A stretch of 64,000 nucleotides of DNA from Candidatus Yanofskybacteria bacterium (GCA_016185525.1 JACPNK010000002.1:75616-139615); one strand, 5' to 3'. Shown: positions 38,541 through 48,659, numbered from the stretch's first letter. The notes: generated by a model from the letters alone, not told the origin. A program made the numbers and translations.

Positions 38541-38922
38541 AAAGATATTATTAATTTTTGCCAGCGCGTTTCTGCTTAATTTAGTTTGGGAAAATCTGCA
38601 CTCTTTACTTTACCTCCATTATAAAAGCGGAGCAATCAGCGAGTTGATTTTGTTAAGAGCCACTCTTTTTGACGCTGTTTTTATTTCTATTCTTGGAATT
38701 TTATTTCTAAAATTTTCATACCTTAAGAACAGGCTTTGGCTTTCTTTGCCGTTTGGTTTTGCGATAGCAATAGTTATTGAATTGTACGCTTTAAAAACCG
38801 GCCGCTGGGCTTACGGTGAGCTTATGCCGGTTGTTCCTTTCATAAACACGGGAGTTACACCGACAATACAACTTGGACTTCTTTCCTATTTAATTTTTAA
38901 ATGGTTTGTAAAGAAGGCCTAA
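38533..38922 (+). CDS. Hypothetical membrane protein
   Basis: LNLVWE and GRWAY..LMP motifs; four TMs. Confidence 0.65.
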   Translation: MIKKILLIFASAFLLNLVWENLHSLLYLHYKSGAISELILLRATLFDAVFISILGILFLKFSYLKNRLWLSLPFGFAIAIVIELYALKTGRWAYGELMPVVPFINTGVTPTIQLGLLSYLIFKWFVKKA

Positions 38923-38945
38923 GGTATAACAGTTATCAATTTTAA

Positions 38946-39069
38946 TACCGATATTGCACGTCCCCGTGCCGAAGTTGACACTTCGTTGAGACGAAGTCCC
39001 AAGACGGGACTTGCAGTCAAAGACCAAGTCAATATCGGGAACGGGACGGTCAATATCGGCATTGGGACG
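38946..39069. repeat. Cluster of 21-bp repeats in both orientations
   Basis: CGTCCCCGTGCCGAAGTTGAC (38959) and two inverted copies GTCAATATCGG.....GGACG (39028-39048, 39049-39069); a related copy lies inside glmS. Confidence 0.75.
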
Positions 39070-39287
39070 TGAAAATATCAGTTAAAATAAAAACCGGTTC
39101 TAAAAAAGAAGAAATCAAAAAGGTTGGCAACGACAGTTTTGAAATCAAGACCAAAGCTCTGCCAATTGAGGGCAAAGCTAACTCGGCGGTAACTAAAATT
39201 CTGGCTGACTATTTTGATATTCCCAAATCAAGAGTTAAAATCTTAAAAGGACAAAAATCAAAGTTAAAAATACTGGAAATTTCTTGA
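39069..39287 (+). CDS. DUF167/YggU family protein
   Basis: ALPIEGKAN, LADYF, G.KS..K. Confidence 0.85.
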   Translation: MKISVKIKTGSKKEEIKKVGNDSFEIKTKALPIEGKANSAVTKILADYFDIPKSRVKILKGQKSKLKILEIS

Positions 39288-39288
39288 A

Positions 39289-39957
39289 ATGGAAAAAAGT
39301 TTTTTCAAAGAACTAAACTCCCAAGAACTGTCCATATTCCGCAAACTTTCAACGCCTAAAAAAATTCAGGATTTTTTGGAAAAATTACCTATAAATTTTG
39401 AAGAAAAAGGGGATACCTGCATGTCGCCAAGAAGGGTGTTAAGAGAAAAAAAGGCACACTGTATGGAAGGGGCGTTATTTGCGGCAACAGCATTGTGGTT
39501 CCATGGACAAAAACCTATACTTTTAGACATAACATCAGTAGACCATGATTTTGATCATGTAGTGGCCTTGTTTAAAAATCCGCCAGCCGGCGGAGGGAAG
39601 TGGGGAGCAATCAGCAAGACAAACCATGCGGTGCTACGCTACAGAGAACCGGTTTATCGTGATGTCAGAGAGCTGGCCATGTCCTTTTTTCATGAATACT
39701 TTACTGACGACGGTAGGAAAACCATGAGGAGTTTCTCCAAGCCTTTTAATCTACAAAAGTTTGGCTATAATTGGATTACATCTGAAAAAGATTTGTGGGA
39801 TATAGCTGACGCCCTTGATGCGTCCAAACACTATCCGATTCTTACAAAAAAAACATTGGCCGGCTTGCGTCATGCCGACCCCGTTGAAGTTAAAACGGGA
39901 AAAATAACACAATGGAAAAAGACAAAAAAAGAAGTAACCAATGATAAAAATACCTGA
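39289..39957 (+). CDS. Transglutaminase-like hypothetical protein
   Basis: AHCMEGA (Cys), DHVVALF (His), WGAISKTN. Confidence 0.7.
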   Translation: MEKSFFKELNSQELSIFRKLSTPKKIQDFLEKLPINFEEKGDTCMSPRRVLREKKAHCMEGALFAATALWFHGQKPILLDITSVDHDFDHVVALFKNPPAGGGKWGAISKTNHAVLRYREPVYRDVRELAMSFFHEYFTDDGRKTMRSFSKPFNLQKFGYNWITSEKDLWDIADALDASKHYPILTKKTLAGLRHADPVEVKTGKITQWKKTKKEVTNDKNT

Positions 39958-41014
39958 AAACTATTATACCAGTCGGCTTGAAAAAATCAGGTCTCTTTTT
40001 GGTAAACACAACCTTGATTGTCTCTTGATTTACAATGCTGAAAAAGAAGATCCGGCTTTTTTGCCTTGGATTCTTGGTGAAAACATTTTTGATTCCACTT
40101 ATCTGCTGATTACCAAAAAAGGCGCTTTTATTTTCATTCCGCAATGGTTTATAGAGGAAGCAAAAAATTTATTTAAAAATATACCGGCTGAATTTATAGG
40201 TACCCCGGAAAAGGCAACCATGATGCTGACCATTAAATCTTACCTCCAAAACTTTGAAATAATCGGCTATGCGGGTAACGCACCTTACAAAGAGCTGGTT
40301 TTATTAGCTGAAAAAAAGTTGGTGAACATGGAAGAAGACATCAGAAAGATATATGAAATAAAAGATGAAGTTGAAATAAAACTTTTGGGAGAAGTTTGTA
40401 ATTATACCCGCAACTATTTAGAAAACTTGAAAATAAAACAGTTCATAGGTAAAACTGAACAGGAGATCGCAAAACAGATACAACAGGAAACCGAGAGCGA
40501 CGGCTATAATCTTGGACACCTAAGCATCGTCTCCGGTCAGCGTCTCCAAAAAACTACGGCCGGCTTTCCCTCTGATTACAAAATACAAAAAAATGACCTC
40601 GTTTGCGTTGACCTTGGCTTAGAAAAACAGACTTACTTTTCTGATATTACAAGATGTTATTTTCTCGGCGACGCCGAGAAAAAATACAGGCTAAACTACG
40701 ACTTGTTAAAAAGTGTCGTTTCAAACACTTCTCAAATAATTACTCGAGGGATCCAGTCAAAAGACATCTTGGGCATAATTAGAAACGAATTTATCAAGAC
40801 TGGATTGACGGAAGACTCTTTCGTACCAGCAGATTTAGGTCACGGCATAGGTACTGGCAGACACGAATATCCTGAAATCGGATTTGACGAAAGTATTTTA
40901 GAAAAGGGCATGGTTTTCACATTGGAACCTGAAGCTAAGTTGTCGGATGGCATGCTTGTGAGATACGAGGACGTTTTTTACATAAACCAAGAAGAAAAAA
41001 CCTTGATTATATAA
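39941..41014 (+). CDS. M24 Xaa-Pro aminopeptidase family protein
   Basis: VDLG, SDITR, GHGIG..HE.P, TLEP, VRYED. Confidence 0.88.
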   Translation: MIKIPENYYTSRLEKIRSLFGKHNLDCLLIYNAEKEDPAFLPWILGENIFDSTYLLITKKGAFIFIPQWFIEEAKNLFKNIPAEFIGTPEKATMMLTIKSYLQNFEIIGYAGNAPYKELVLLAEKKLVNMEEDIRKIYEIKDEVEIKLLGEVCNYTRNYLENLKIKQFIGKTEQEIAKQIQQETESDGYNLGHLSIVSGQRLQKTTAGFPSDYKIQKNDLVCVDLGLEKQTYFSDITRCYFLGDAEKKYRLNYDLLKSVVSNTSQIITRGIQSKDILGIIRNEFIKTGLTEDSFVPADLGHGIGTGRHEYPEIGFDESILEKGMVFTLEPEAKLSDGMLVRYEDVFYINQEEKTLII

Positions 41015-41029
41015 TCAAGGTTAATCTAT

Positions 41030-42445
41030 CTAGAAAGCGCCCTTACGTAAAACTCTCCACAAAACATAAGGCACCTTCTCATAAAGCTGGGCAAAAGGCC
41101 CGCTTTGAAGAAAAAATAAGTAATTATCGTTAGCATACAATTTTGTCAAAAGAGCTAATGGCGCAAGATGGCTAACCATATCTTTAATCAAGGCATCTTT
41201 TACTTTAGGGTGGGGATTAACTGGGTCAACAAAAACTCCGCATTGTTTTTTATATAACACAGCTTCCATTTTTAGCGTGTTTGAGAAATGCTTTTTTGTT
41301 TCAGAAGATTTGAGCTGGCTAAGATAAAGTTTCTCTTGCGCGGCCTGTTCACGCAGGTATTCGTCTTCCGGGAAAACTTTTAGAAGCGGTTTAACTTCGC
41401 CGCTTATGCTTCTTGAAGCTAAATCTTGCGCCACCAGCTCGCACTGTTTTTGGACGTAAGACATAAACTTTTCTTTAGACCAAGAGCCTTGCATTGCAAC
41501 GTAGGCTCCGCCCTCAAGGTCTAACCATTCTATATCCGCTACCCAAATAAGTAACTTGGGGTTAAGGTTGAGTTCTTTCAGAAAAGACAGAAAATGGTTT
41601 AGTTCCGGCGACATCATTTCATAACAGATGCCTTTGGAGTTTTCTTCCAAACCGCAAAAGTTATAGCCATTTTCGTCGTAAGTCCAAGCGGGACAAAGTG
41701 GAATTATTATCTGTAAACTTTTTCCGGAAAGACCGCGCCATAAACAGTTAAGAATCCTTTCAACCTGCAAGTCAGATTCTATCAAGATTCTCTTCTCTAA
41801 AATCAAATCTATAAGTCTGGTTCCGGTTAAAATTGTACTCTCAACGCCAACAGGATATGGAGTGCTTTGAGCCGTTTTGATTATTCTATAAGTAAGACGC
41901 TTGTCTTTTTTTACTCTTAAAGCGTTTTTTATAATTTTTACTTCGCCGTCCGTAAAATTAGGTGAAGGACGGGGGGTGAAGTTTAAGTTTAAACTTTCCG
42001 AAGATAACCCTAAACGTTTTTCTAGCCACTCACAGTAAAGATTAAATCTTTTTTCGCTTACCGGTTTTGGGCCCCAGGGAGCAACTTTAGCAAGTTCAAC
42101 ATTTTCTAAGTTGTTCACTATTTTCAGCCATTCTTTGACCATACCGTTTAGGTTTGTATCTTTAAAATCTTGGGCGACGGCAATTAACATCTGACAAGAA
42201 GACGCCCACTCTGGACTGTATTCCATTAACCTATGGGAGGCTGTCCTTGAGGCATGGCCCCGTTTAATCAGCTTGGGTTCTGGAGAAGTAAATACTGCCA
42301 CCAAAATCTCCTGTGCTTCCGGCTGCAACTTGATGTTTTGGATACTTTTTTCAAAAACAGACACTTCTTGACCTGATTTCTCAAGAACTCCCAAAGCCTG
42401 ACAAGCGTTTTTGTCATTTTTATCAGCTACAAATCTAATCCTCAT
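41030..42445 (-). CDS. Hypothetical protein; C-terminal domain possibly HUP/Rossmannoid (CDPS- or isocyanide-synthase-like)
   Basis: ATG 42445 with AAGGAG SD; IIIPLCPAW...YNF and LLIWVADIE strand motifs. Fold call is tentative. Confidence 0.6.
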   Translation of the reverse strand: MRIRFVADKNDKNACQALGVLEKSGQEVSVFEKSIQNIKLQPEAQEILVAVFTSPEPKLIKRGHASRTASHRLMEYSPEWASSCQMLIAVAQDFKDTNLNGMVKEWLKIVNNLENVELAKVAPWGPKPVSEKRFNLYCEWLEKRLGLSSESLNLNFTPRPSPNFTDGEVKIIKNALRVKKDKRLTYRIIKTAQSTPYPVGVESTILTGTRLIDLILEKRILIESDLQVERILNCLWRGLSGKSLQIIIPLCPAWTYDENGYNFCGLEENSKGICYEMMSPELNHFLSFLKELNLNPKLLIWVADIEWLDLEGGAYVAMQGSWSKEKFMSYVQKQCELVAQDLASRSISGEVKPLLKVFPEDEYLREQAAQEKLYLSQLKSSETKKHFSNTLKMEAVLYKKQCGVFVDPVNPHPKVKDALIKDMVSHLAPLALLTKLYANDNYLFFLQSGPFAQLYEKVPYVLWRVLRKGAF

Positions 42446-42465
42446 TTTTTCTCCTTTCAAAGAAC

Positions 42466-42500
42466 AAATAAAAATCAGCCCCCTCTTTAGGGGCTGATTT
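42466..42500 (-). terminator. Intrinsic terminator in the leader of the 41030..42445 gene
   Basis: AAATCAGCCCC-TAAAGAG-GGGGCTGATTT followed by TTATTT on the minus strand. Confidence 0.75.
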
Positions 42501-42523
42501 AAGGTCTTTTTGATGACTTCGCT

Positions 42524-42634
42524 TTAAGCGGCGGCTGAAACATCAGTTGCAACAGAACTTAAACAAGCCTCTAAGGAGGTCTGCTTTATGTCGCAATAAT
42601 GCCACATTCCTGAAGTTTTAACTTTAAATGTCAT
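42524..42634 (-). CDS. Putative 36-aa leader peptide
   Basis: MTFKVKTSGMWHYCDIKQTSLEACLSSVATDVSAAA; TTGACA(42675-42670)-17bp-TATACT(42652-42647) just upstream. Confidence 0.5.
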   Translation of the reverse strand: MTFKVKTSGMWHYCDIKQTSLEACLSSVATDVSAAA

Positions 42635-42699
42635 TTTATATAACTAAGTATATACATAACCGTTTGCTTGTCAAATTAATTGGTAGTATAATTTAGATT

Positions 42700-43143
42700 A
42701 TGATTATGAAGTTTTTGCCGTATCTTTTAATTGCAGGTCTTTTATCGGTATTTTTACTCGGCAGTTCGGCCGTTAATTTCGGTTCCGACCACGGCCACGG
42801 AAATAACACCAGAGGGTGTATCATTTCCGCAATTCAAGGCACGGCTTGTCCTGAAGAAAGCAACGCATTTTCTTCGGCCATTTTCCATATAAACATTCTT
42901 AAAAACACGATAATGGCGTTTTTAGGACAAAACCCGGAATTAAACTTGTTTAGTTTAGTCTCTGTTTTGTCTCTTCTGTTTTTTGCAACAGCGTCTTTTT
43001 TAACTTTACCGGCCACAAGTCTGAACGGAAAATTATTCAACTTTTTATCTTTAGCAAAATATAGGATTCCGTCTGCGCGCCAGCAAAGATATTCGGCATG
43101 GCTGTCTCTATACGAAAAGAGGGACCCTGCTTTGTCATTTTAG
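42700..43143 (+). CDS. Hypothetical His/Cys-containing membrane protein (metal cluster)
   Basis: DHGHG, two Cys, ends WLSLYEKRDP. Confidence 0.6.
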   Translation: MIMKFLPYLLIAGLLSVFLLGSSAVNFGSDHGHGNNTRGCIISAIQGTACPEESNAFSSAIFHINILKNTIMAFLGQNPELNLFSLVSVLSLLFFATASFLTLPATSLNGKLFNFLSLAKYRIPSARQQRYSAWLSLYEKRDPALSF

Positions 43144-43220
43144 ATTTCCGCTTTTCAGCAACTTGTTTTAAGTTTTGCGGAAATCTTTGGTTGATAAAGC
43201 AGTTTTTATTTATAAAGATT

Positions 43221-43724
43221 ATGAACAAAAACACAATTATCGGACTTATCATCATTACTGTCGGTCTGTTCACTCTGATTATGTTTCTTAAGCCGCAATC
43301 AACTCTTGACAACGGCGCTTCCATCAGTAATCCGACAAATAGCGGACAGATAAAAGCAGAGGAAACGTTTTTTGATTTCGGAACAATTTCAATGGCTGCG
43401 GGAAAAGTCAGCCATATGTTTAAAATTAAAAATTCCGGCTCCGGAAATGCCGAGATCAGTAAAATTTATACTTCCTGCATGTGCACTTCGGCCAGTTTAG
43501 TCAGAGATAGCGGCCGCAAAGGGCCCTTTGGCATGCCGGGGCATGGTTTTATTCCTAAGATTAACGAATCGCTTAATCTTAATGAAGAGGCGACCATAGA
43601 GGTTGTTTTTGATCCGGCGGCGCACGGTCCGGCTGGTGTCGGTAAAATAGAGAGGTTGATTACGGTCGAAGTTGAAAATGGTTCTCCTGTAGAGCTTACG
43701 TTTTCCGCTTTTGTAACGCCATGA
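43221..43724 (+). CDS. DUF1573-like Ig-fold protein
   Basis: FDFGTI, TSCMCT, FDPAAHGP; N-terminal anchor from ATG 43221. Confidence 0.75.
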   Translation: MNKNTIIGLIIITVGLFTLIMFLKPQSTLDNGASISNPTNSGQIKAEETFFDFGTISMAAGKVSHMFKIKNSGSGNAEISKIYTSCMCTSASLVRDSGRKGPFGMPGHGFIPKINESLNLNEEATIEVVFDPAAHGPAGVGKIERLITVEVENGSPVELTFSAFVTP

Positions 43725-44500
43725 AAAAACTTTACATTTTAATTGCAGTCGCAATAGCAATATTCGGCATAGTCGGATTTTTACAGAGCGGCAACTTTGG
43801 CACAACAACGCTTTGGAAAATTAGCAATGAAGGCAAATGGCTTCTGCCGCTGGTAAGTATCGCCGCCCTGATTGACAGCATCAATCCCTGCGCTTTCTCA
43901 ATTCTGCTTTTAACTATCGCCTTCCTGTTCAGTCTCGGAAAAATGCGTTCAGGAATTCTCAAAATAGGTTTTTTCTACATTTCAGGCCTGTTTACGGTCT
44001 ATGTTTTAATCGGGCTTGGCATATTGCAGGCTCTCCACATATTCAACACGCCTCATTTTATGGCAAAATTGGGAGCTATTCTGCTGATACTTTTTGGGTT
44101 AATCAATCTTATCGGCCATTATTTCCCCAAATTTCCGGTTAAACTAAAAATACCGGACGCAGTCCATAATAAAATCGCCGGATTGATGGAGGCCAGCTCT
44201 CTGCCCACAGCCTTTTTTCTGGGAATTCTCGTCGGACTTTGCGAGTTTCCTTGCACCGGAGGGCCTTACTTGCTTGTTTTGGGACTTCTGCACGACCAGG
44301 CGACTTATCTGAAAGGGCTTGGGTATCTTTTGATCTACAACTTAATTTTTATCCTGCCTTTAGCGTTAATTCTTTTGATAGCCAGTGAACAAAGCCTGCT
44401 GGACAAAGTCCAAAAATGGCGCAAAGAGAACATTGGCAGTATGAAATTGTGGAGTTCGCTTGCTATGATTGGTTTGGGAATAACAATATTATTCTTTTAG
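43721..44500 (+). CDS. CcdA/DsbD-type transmembrane thiol-redox protein
   Basis: DSINPCA and EFPCTGGPY. Confidence 0.85.
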   Translation: MKKLYILIAVAIAIFGIVGFLQSGNFGTTTLWKISNEGKWLLPLVSIAALIDSINPCAFSILLLTIAFLFSLGKMRSGILKIGFFYISGLFTVYVLIGLGILQALHIFNTPHFMAKLGAILLILFGLINLIGHYFPKFPVKLKIPDAVHNKIAGLMEASSLPTAFFLGILVGLCEFPCTGGPYLLVLGLLHDQATYLKGLGYLLIYNLIFILPLALILLIASEQSLLDKVQKWRKENIGSMKLWSSLAMIGLGITILFF

Positions 44501-44504
44501 AAAT

Positions 44505-45002
44505 ATGGAAAATAAAAAATTTGAAGAGTTAATCAAAAAAATCCAGAAAGCAAAACAAAGCGGCGGCTTGGATTTGTCATTGGAAGAAGATTTGAGCATA
44601 GCTATTATGAACTTGGTCAGCCTGGAAGAACACTTCTTTTTCACAGCCTCTAAAACGGAAAAGCCGGAATATTTTGATTTGTTAAACGAAGTCAGAAGCA
44701 TCCGCAAGGCTCTTCTTGGAAGAATGATTAAAAATTCGGAAGGCGAAGTCTGGTGTATTTCTAAGCATCTTCTGGCCGGAACCATGAGGCTTGCGGAAGT
44801 AGGCACAAAGTACTTGTCAGAAGGAAAAAAGAAAGATGCCGAAGAAGTTTTTGGACAGGCCTACAAACTTTACTCGCTGTTTTGGGCGGTTCGTTTGAAA
44901 TTGACAGACATCTCCGGGTTGAAAAAGACTGACGACCCTAAAAAGCCATGGTCATTTGAGGATATAGTAAATAAACTTGTTGACTGTTGTGAAGAAAGAT
45001 AA
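44505..45002 (+). CDS. Hypothetical protein with potential metal ligands
   Basis: SLEEH, WCISKH, C-terminal DCCE. Confidence 0.7.
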   Translation: MENKKFEELIKKIQKAKQSGGLDLSLEEDLSIAIMNLVSLEEHFFFTASKTEKPEYFDLLNEVRSIRKALLGRMIKNSEGEVWCISKHLLAGTMRLAEVGTKYLSEGKKKDAEEVFGQAYKLYSLFWAVRLKLTDISGLKKTDDPKKPWSFEDIVNKLVDCCEER

Positions 45003-45013
45003 ACAACTAACAT

Positions 45014-45919
45014 ATGTTCAATATAAAAAAAATAAAAATTGAAGATAAATATATTTTACCCTTAAGTATTTTGGTTTCAGCAGTAGTTATTTCCGGCGCT
45101 TGGGTCTACATATCAAGGCTTAGTCTTGATGAAAAAAGAGGAGATTTGAGTGCTTCCGCGCTTAAAAAAATTGAAGAAAAAATTCTGCCGAAAAAAGGTT
45201 TCGTTCTGCCTGTTAAGTGGGGAGACCTTGGAATAAGATTAACAGAAGCCGGAGTAATTGATGCGGAAAAGTTTGAATCGCTTTATAATGAAAGAAGCAG
45301 ACTTGACCCGGAAAGCAAACAACTGCTCTCCGGGGCGGAAAACGACTCGCTGAAGATTACTCCCGACAATTCGCAGGTTCTGCTTAATCTTTTATGGGCC
45401 TTGGGCTTGGGCAACAAGAACGACATTTTAGAGAAAGGGGAGATGGTTGATGAAAGATATGGCGGAGCGGACAAATTTGCTTCCACCGGTGGCTGGACGT
45501 TGGCAAAAGGCAATTCTATGGATCATTATTCAAAACATGGCTTTGTGGTTTTGACGCCCGAACAGCAAGCGTTGGTTGAAAGCGTCTCAAAAAATATATA
45601 CCGTCCGTGTTGCGGCAATTCCACTCACTTTCCTGATTGTAACCATGGCATGGCTATGCTTGGATTGCTTGAATTGATGGCTTCGCAGGGTATATCCGAA
45701 AAAGATATGTACAAATATGCTTTGCAGGTCAATTCTCTCTGGTTCCCCGACACCTATCTGAATATCGCCAAGTACCTGAAAATAAAAAAGATTGACTGGA
45801 ATAAAGTTGAACCAAAAGAACTTCTCGGAGCCAACTTCTCCAGCGCTTCCGGTTACCGTCAAGTTTTGTCGCAAATCCAGCCGGAAACCAAACAAGGCGG
45901 GGGAGGTTGCGGAATTTAA
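45014..45919 (+). CDS. Membrane-anchored Cys/His-motif protein
   Basis: RPCCGNSTHFPDCNHG and terminal GGGGCGI. Confidence 0.7.
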   Translation: MFNIKKIKIEDKYILPLSILVSAVVISGAWVYISRLSLDEKRGDLSASALKKIEEKILPKKGFVLPVKWGDLGIRLTEAGVIDAEKFESLYNERSRLDPESKQLLSGAENDSLKITPDNSQVLLNLLWALGLGNKNDILEKGEMVDERYGGADKFASTGGWTLAKGNSMDHYSKHGFVVLTPEQQALVESVSKNIYRPCCGNSTHFPDCNHGMAMLGLLELMASQGISEKDMYKYALQVNSLWFPDTYLNIAKYLKIKKIDWNKVEPKELLGANFSSASGYRQVLSQIQPETKQGGGGCGI

Positions 45920-45932
45920 CATCAATAAATTT

Positions 45933-48134
45933 ATGGAAAATATTAAACAAACTTATACCTGTCCGATGCATCCGGAAGTTATCAGAAATGAACCGGGGCT
46001 TTGTCCCGGTTGCGGCATGGCGCTGATACCGAAAACGTCTGCGGCCAAAGAAGACAAACCGGATGGCTACGATATTTCAGAGCTAAGCCACAAGAACCAC
46101 GAAGCGGCGATGCCTGCCCGCCATAGCCTTGGCGACGGAGGGACCAACCCGCAAATGGCCAAGAAAATGGAGCAGGATATGCGCCGCCGGTTTTGGGTTT
46201 CTTTTTTGCTTTCAATTCCGATTTTTCTTTATTCGCCGGTAGGTGAAAAGGTGCTTGGTTTGGTTCTGTTTTCGCCGATATCAATCAACTGGTTGCTCTT
46301 GATTCTGACTACGCCGATTGTTTTTTGGACCGGTTCAATTTTCATAACCGGCACTTATTATTCACTCAAAGCCCGCAAGCTTAATATGTCGGTGCTTATC
46401 GCCACCGGCGTTCTGGCGGCGTATCTTTTCAGTGTTCTGCTGACTTTATTGCGTCCGGAGTCAGAAACATTTTACGAAGCGGCAGCTCTTTTGGTGACTT
46501 TTGTTTTGTTCGGCCATTGGATGGAAATGAAATCCCGCCGCGGCACGTCCGATGCCTTGCGCGCTCTTTTTGATTTGGTTCCGCCGCAAGCTAGAGTTGT
46601 AAGAGATGGCAGAGAAGTTTCTGTTCCCAGCTCTGAAATTATTCATAACGATATTGTGGTTCTCCGGCCCGGCGACAAGGTGCCGGTTGACGGCATAGTC
46701 ACAGAAGGAGAAAGCGCGATTGACGAATCGCTGGTTACCGGCGAGTCAATTCCGGTTTCAAAAAAGAACGGCGATAAAGTTATCGGTGGTTCGGTAAATC
46801 AAACCGGCACGGTTAAATTTAAAGCCACTCAAGTCGGTTCGGAAACGGTTCTGGCTCATATTATTAAGCTTGTGGAAACGGCGCAAAATTCCAAAGCGCC
46901 GGGACAGCGCATTGCCGACACAGCGGCCGGTTGGCTGGTGGTTGTTGCCGTCGGTTCGGGATTGGCGGCATTTTTTGGCTGGTATTTCGGCGCCGGCGCC
47001 GGACTTCTTACAGCTCTTACTTTTGCGATTTCAACGGTAGTAATCGCTTGTCCTGACGCTCTCGGCCTTGCCACGCCGACAGCCGTCGCTGTCGGCACCG
47101 GCATCGGCGCCAAACACAATATTCTTATCAAAGATGCGGCGACTCTTGAGAACACTTCCCGGATTAACGCCATCATTTTGGACAAAACCGGCACGCTCAC
47201 GGAAGGAAGACCGAAAGTCACAGACGTTGTGGCGCTTAACGGTTTCAACGAACACGATGTTTTGCGCTACGAAGCCAGTTTGGAAGCCGGTTCCAATCAT
47301 CCTCTATCCAAATCTATTTTTGAAGAGACCGTAAAACGTAACGCCTTGCCGCTTGAACCGATAGAAAACTTTGAGTCAATCGCCGGTTACGGACTTAAGG
47401 CGCGAATTGCCGGTAAAATTGTTTTTGCCGGAAAAGAGAAACTGCTTCAGAACAACGGTATCGCCACCGAGCCGATGAGAAACGTTCTTGACCAACTTGC
47501 CGGAGAAGGGAAGACTTTAAGCTTATTAGCTGTTGATGGAATTTTTGCGGGTGTTGTTGCCGCTGCAGATCCGCCGCGGCCCAATTCTAAAAAAACCGTA
47601 GCGGCGCTCAAAAAACTCGGCATGGAAGTGGTGATGATTACGGGAGACCACGCAAAAGTGGCGGAAGGCGTCGGAAAGGAGCTGGGCATTGACCGGGTTT
47701 TTGCCGAAGTTTTGCCTGAAGACAAAGCAAAGTATGTTAAAAAATTGCAAAGTGAAGGCAAATTTACGGCGATGGTCGGCGACGGCATCAATGATGCGCC
47801 GGCACTAGCGCAAGCGGATATCGGCATAGCCATCGGCGCCGGTACTGATGTCGCCATTGAAACCGGCAACATTGTGCTGATGAAATCCGACCCTTACGAT
47901 ATTGTTGCCGCTTTGCGTTTGAGCAAAGCTACGGTTACCAAAATGAAACAGAATCTTTTTTGGGCGGCGATTTACAACTTGCTGGCTATTCCCGTTGCCG
48001 CCGGAGTGTTTTATAATTCTCTTGGTTGGTCTTTGCGTCCGGAAATTTCCGCTCTGCTGATGTCGGCCTCTTCAATAATTGTTGCAACTAACGCCGTGCT
48101 GTTGAAAAGAGTAGAGCCTGGGCTTAAAAAATGA
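45933..48134 (+). CDS. copA: Copper-translocating P1B-type ATPase
   Basis: YTCPMHP...CP.CGM, TGES, CPDALGLA, DKTGTLT, GDGINDAP, YN and MSASS. Start at ATG 45933. Confidence 0.93.
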   Translation: MENIKQTYTCPMHPEVIRNEPGLCPGCGMALIPKTSAAKEDKPDGYDISELSHKNHEAAMPARHSLGDGGTNPQMAKKMEQDMRRRFWVSFLLSIPIFLYSPVGEKVLGLVLFSPISINWLLLILTTPIVFWTGSIFITGTYYSLKARKLNMSVLIATGVLAAYLFSVLLTLLRPESETFYEAAALLVTFVLFGHWMEMKSRRGTSDALRALFDLVPPQARVVRDGREVSVPSSEIIHNDIVVLRPGDKVPVDGIVTEGESAIDESLVTGESIPVSKKNGDKVIGGSVNQTGTVKFKATQVGSETVLAHIIKLVETAQNSKAPGQRIADTAAGWLVVVAVGSGLAAFFGWYFGAGAGLLTALTFAISTVVIACPDALGLATPTAVAVGTGIGAKHNILIKDAATLENTSRINAIILDKTGTLTEGRPKVTDVVALNGFNEHDVLRYEASLEAGSNHPLSKSIFEETVKRNALPLEPIENFESIAGYGLKARIAGKIVFAGKEKLLQNNGIATEPMRNVLDQLAGEGKTLSLLAVDGIFAGVVAAADPPRPNSKKTVAALKKLGMEVVMITGDHAKVAEGVGKELGIDRVFAEVLPEDKAKYVKKLQSEGKFTAMVGDGINDAPALAQADIGIAIGAGTDVAIETGNIVLMKSDPYDIVAALRLSKATVTKMKQNLFWAAIYNLLAIPVAAGVFYNSLGWSLRPEISALLMSASSIIVATNAVLLKRVEPGLKK

Positions 48135-48149
48135 TATAATGTTTAAGTT

Positions 48150-48620
48150 ATGGACTTTTCTTTTTTAACTTACAAACCTGTTTTGATCGGTCTGCATCTG
48201 GGTTTTGCCATTCTGGGAATTGATGCTTTTTTGTGGCTGACAGGTGAATTTTTAGCAAACACTTTTGGAAAATTAAGAGTTAAAATTGCGGCTGTAATCG
48301 GCGTTGCCGGTTTTGCTTTAAGCTGGCTAGCCGGCGGTTATTATTATGTGGTTTATTACGGCAAATTGGTAAAACCGGTGATAAAAGAAGGTGTTGCGCC
48401 TTGGGCTCATGCGATTTTTATGGAAACAAAAGAGCATATTTTCCTTTTTGTAATCCCACTGGCGGTTACGGCTTTGCTTCTGGCATTTCTCAAAAGAGAG
48501 GAGATAAAGGAATATAATTTGTCCCGTTTGGCGACTGTTTTAGTGGTATTAATTGCTTTACTGGGACTTTTAATCGGAGCGATGGGTTACATTATTTCAG
48601 CCGCCGCCCGTTGGGGCTAA
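48150..48620 (+). CDS. Hypothetical four-TM membrane protein
   Basis: GGYYY and PWAH..FMETKEH. Confidence 0.7.
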   Translation: MDFSFLTYKPVLIGLHLGFAILGIDAFLWLTGEFLANTFGKLRVKIAAVIGVAGFALSWLAGGYYYVVYYGKLVKPVIKEGVAPWAHAIFMETKEHIFLFVIPLAVTALLLAFLKREEIKEYNLSRLATVLVVLIALLGLLIGAMGYIISAAARWG

Positions 48621-48659
48621 GTAAAAAAATTTTTTTAAATTTTATTTTTTAAGTATTGT

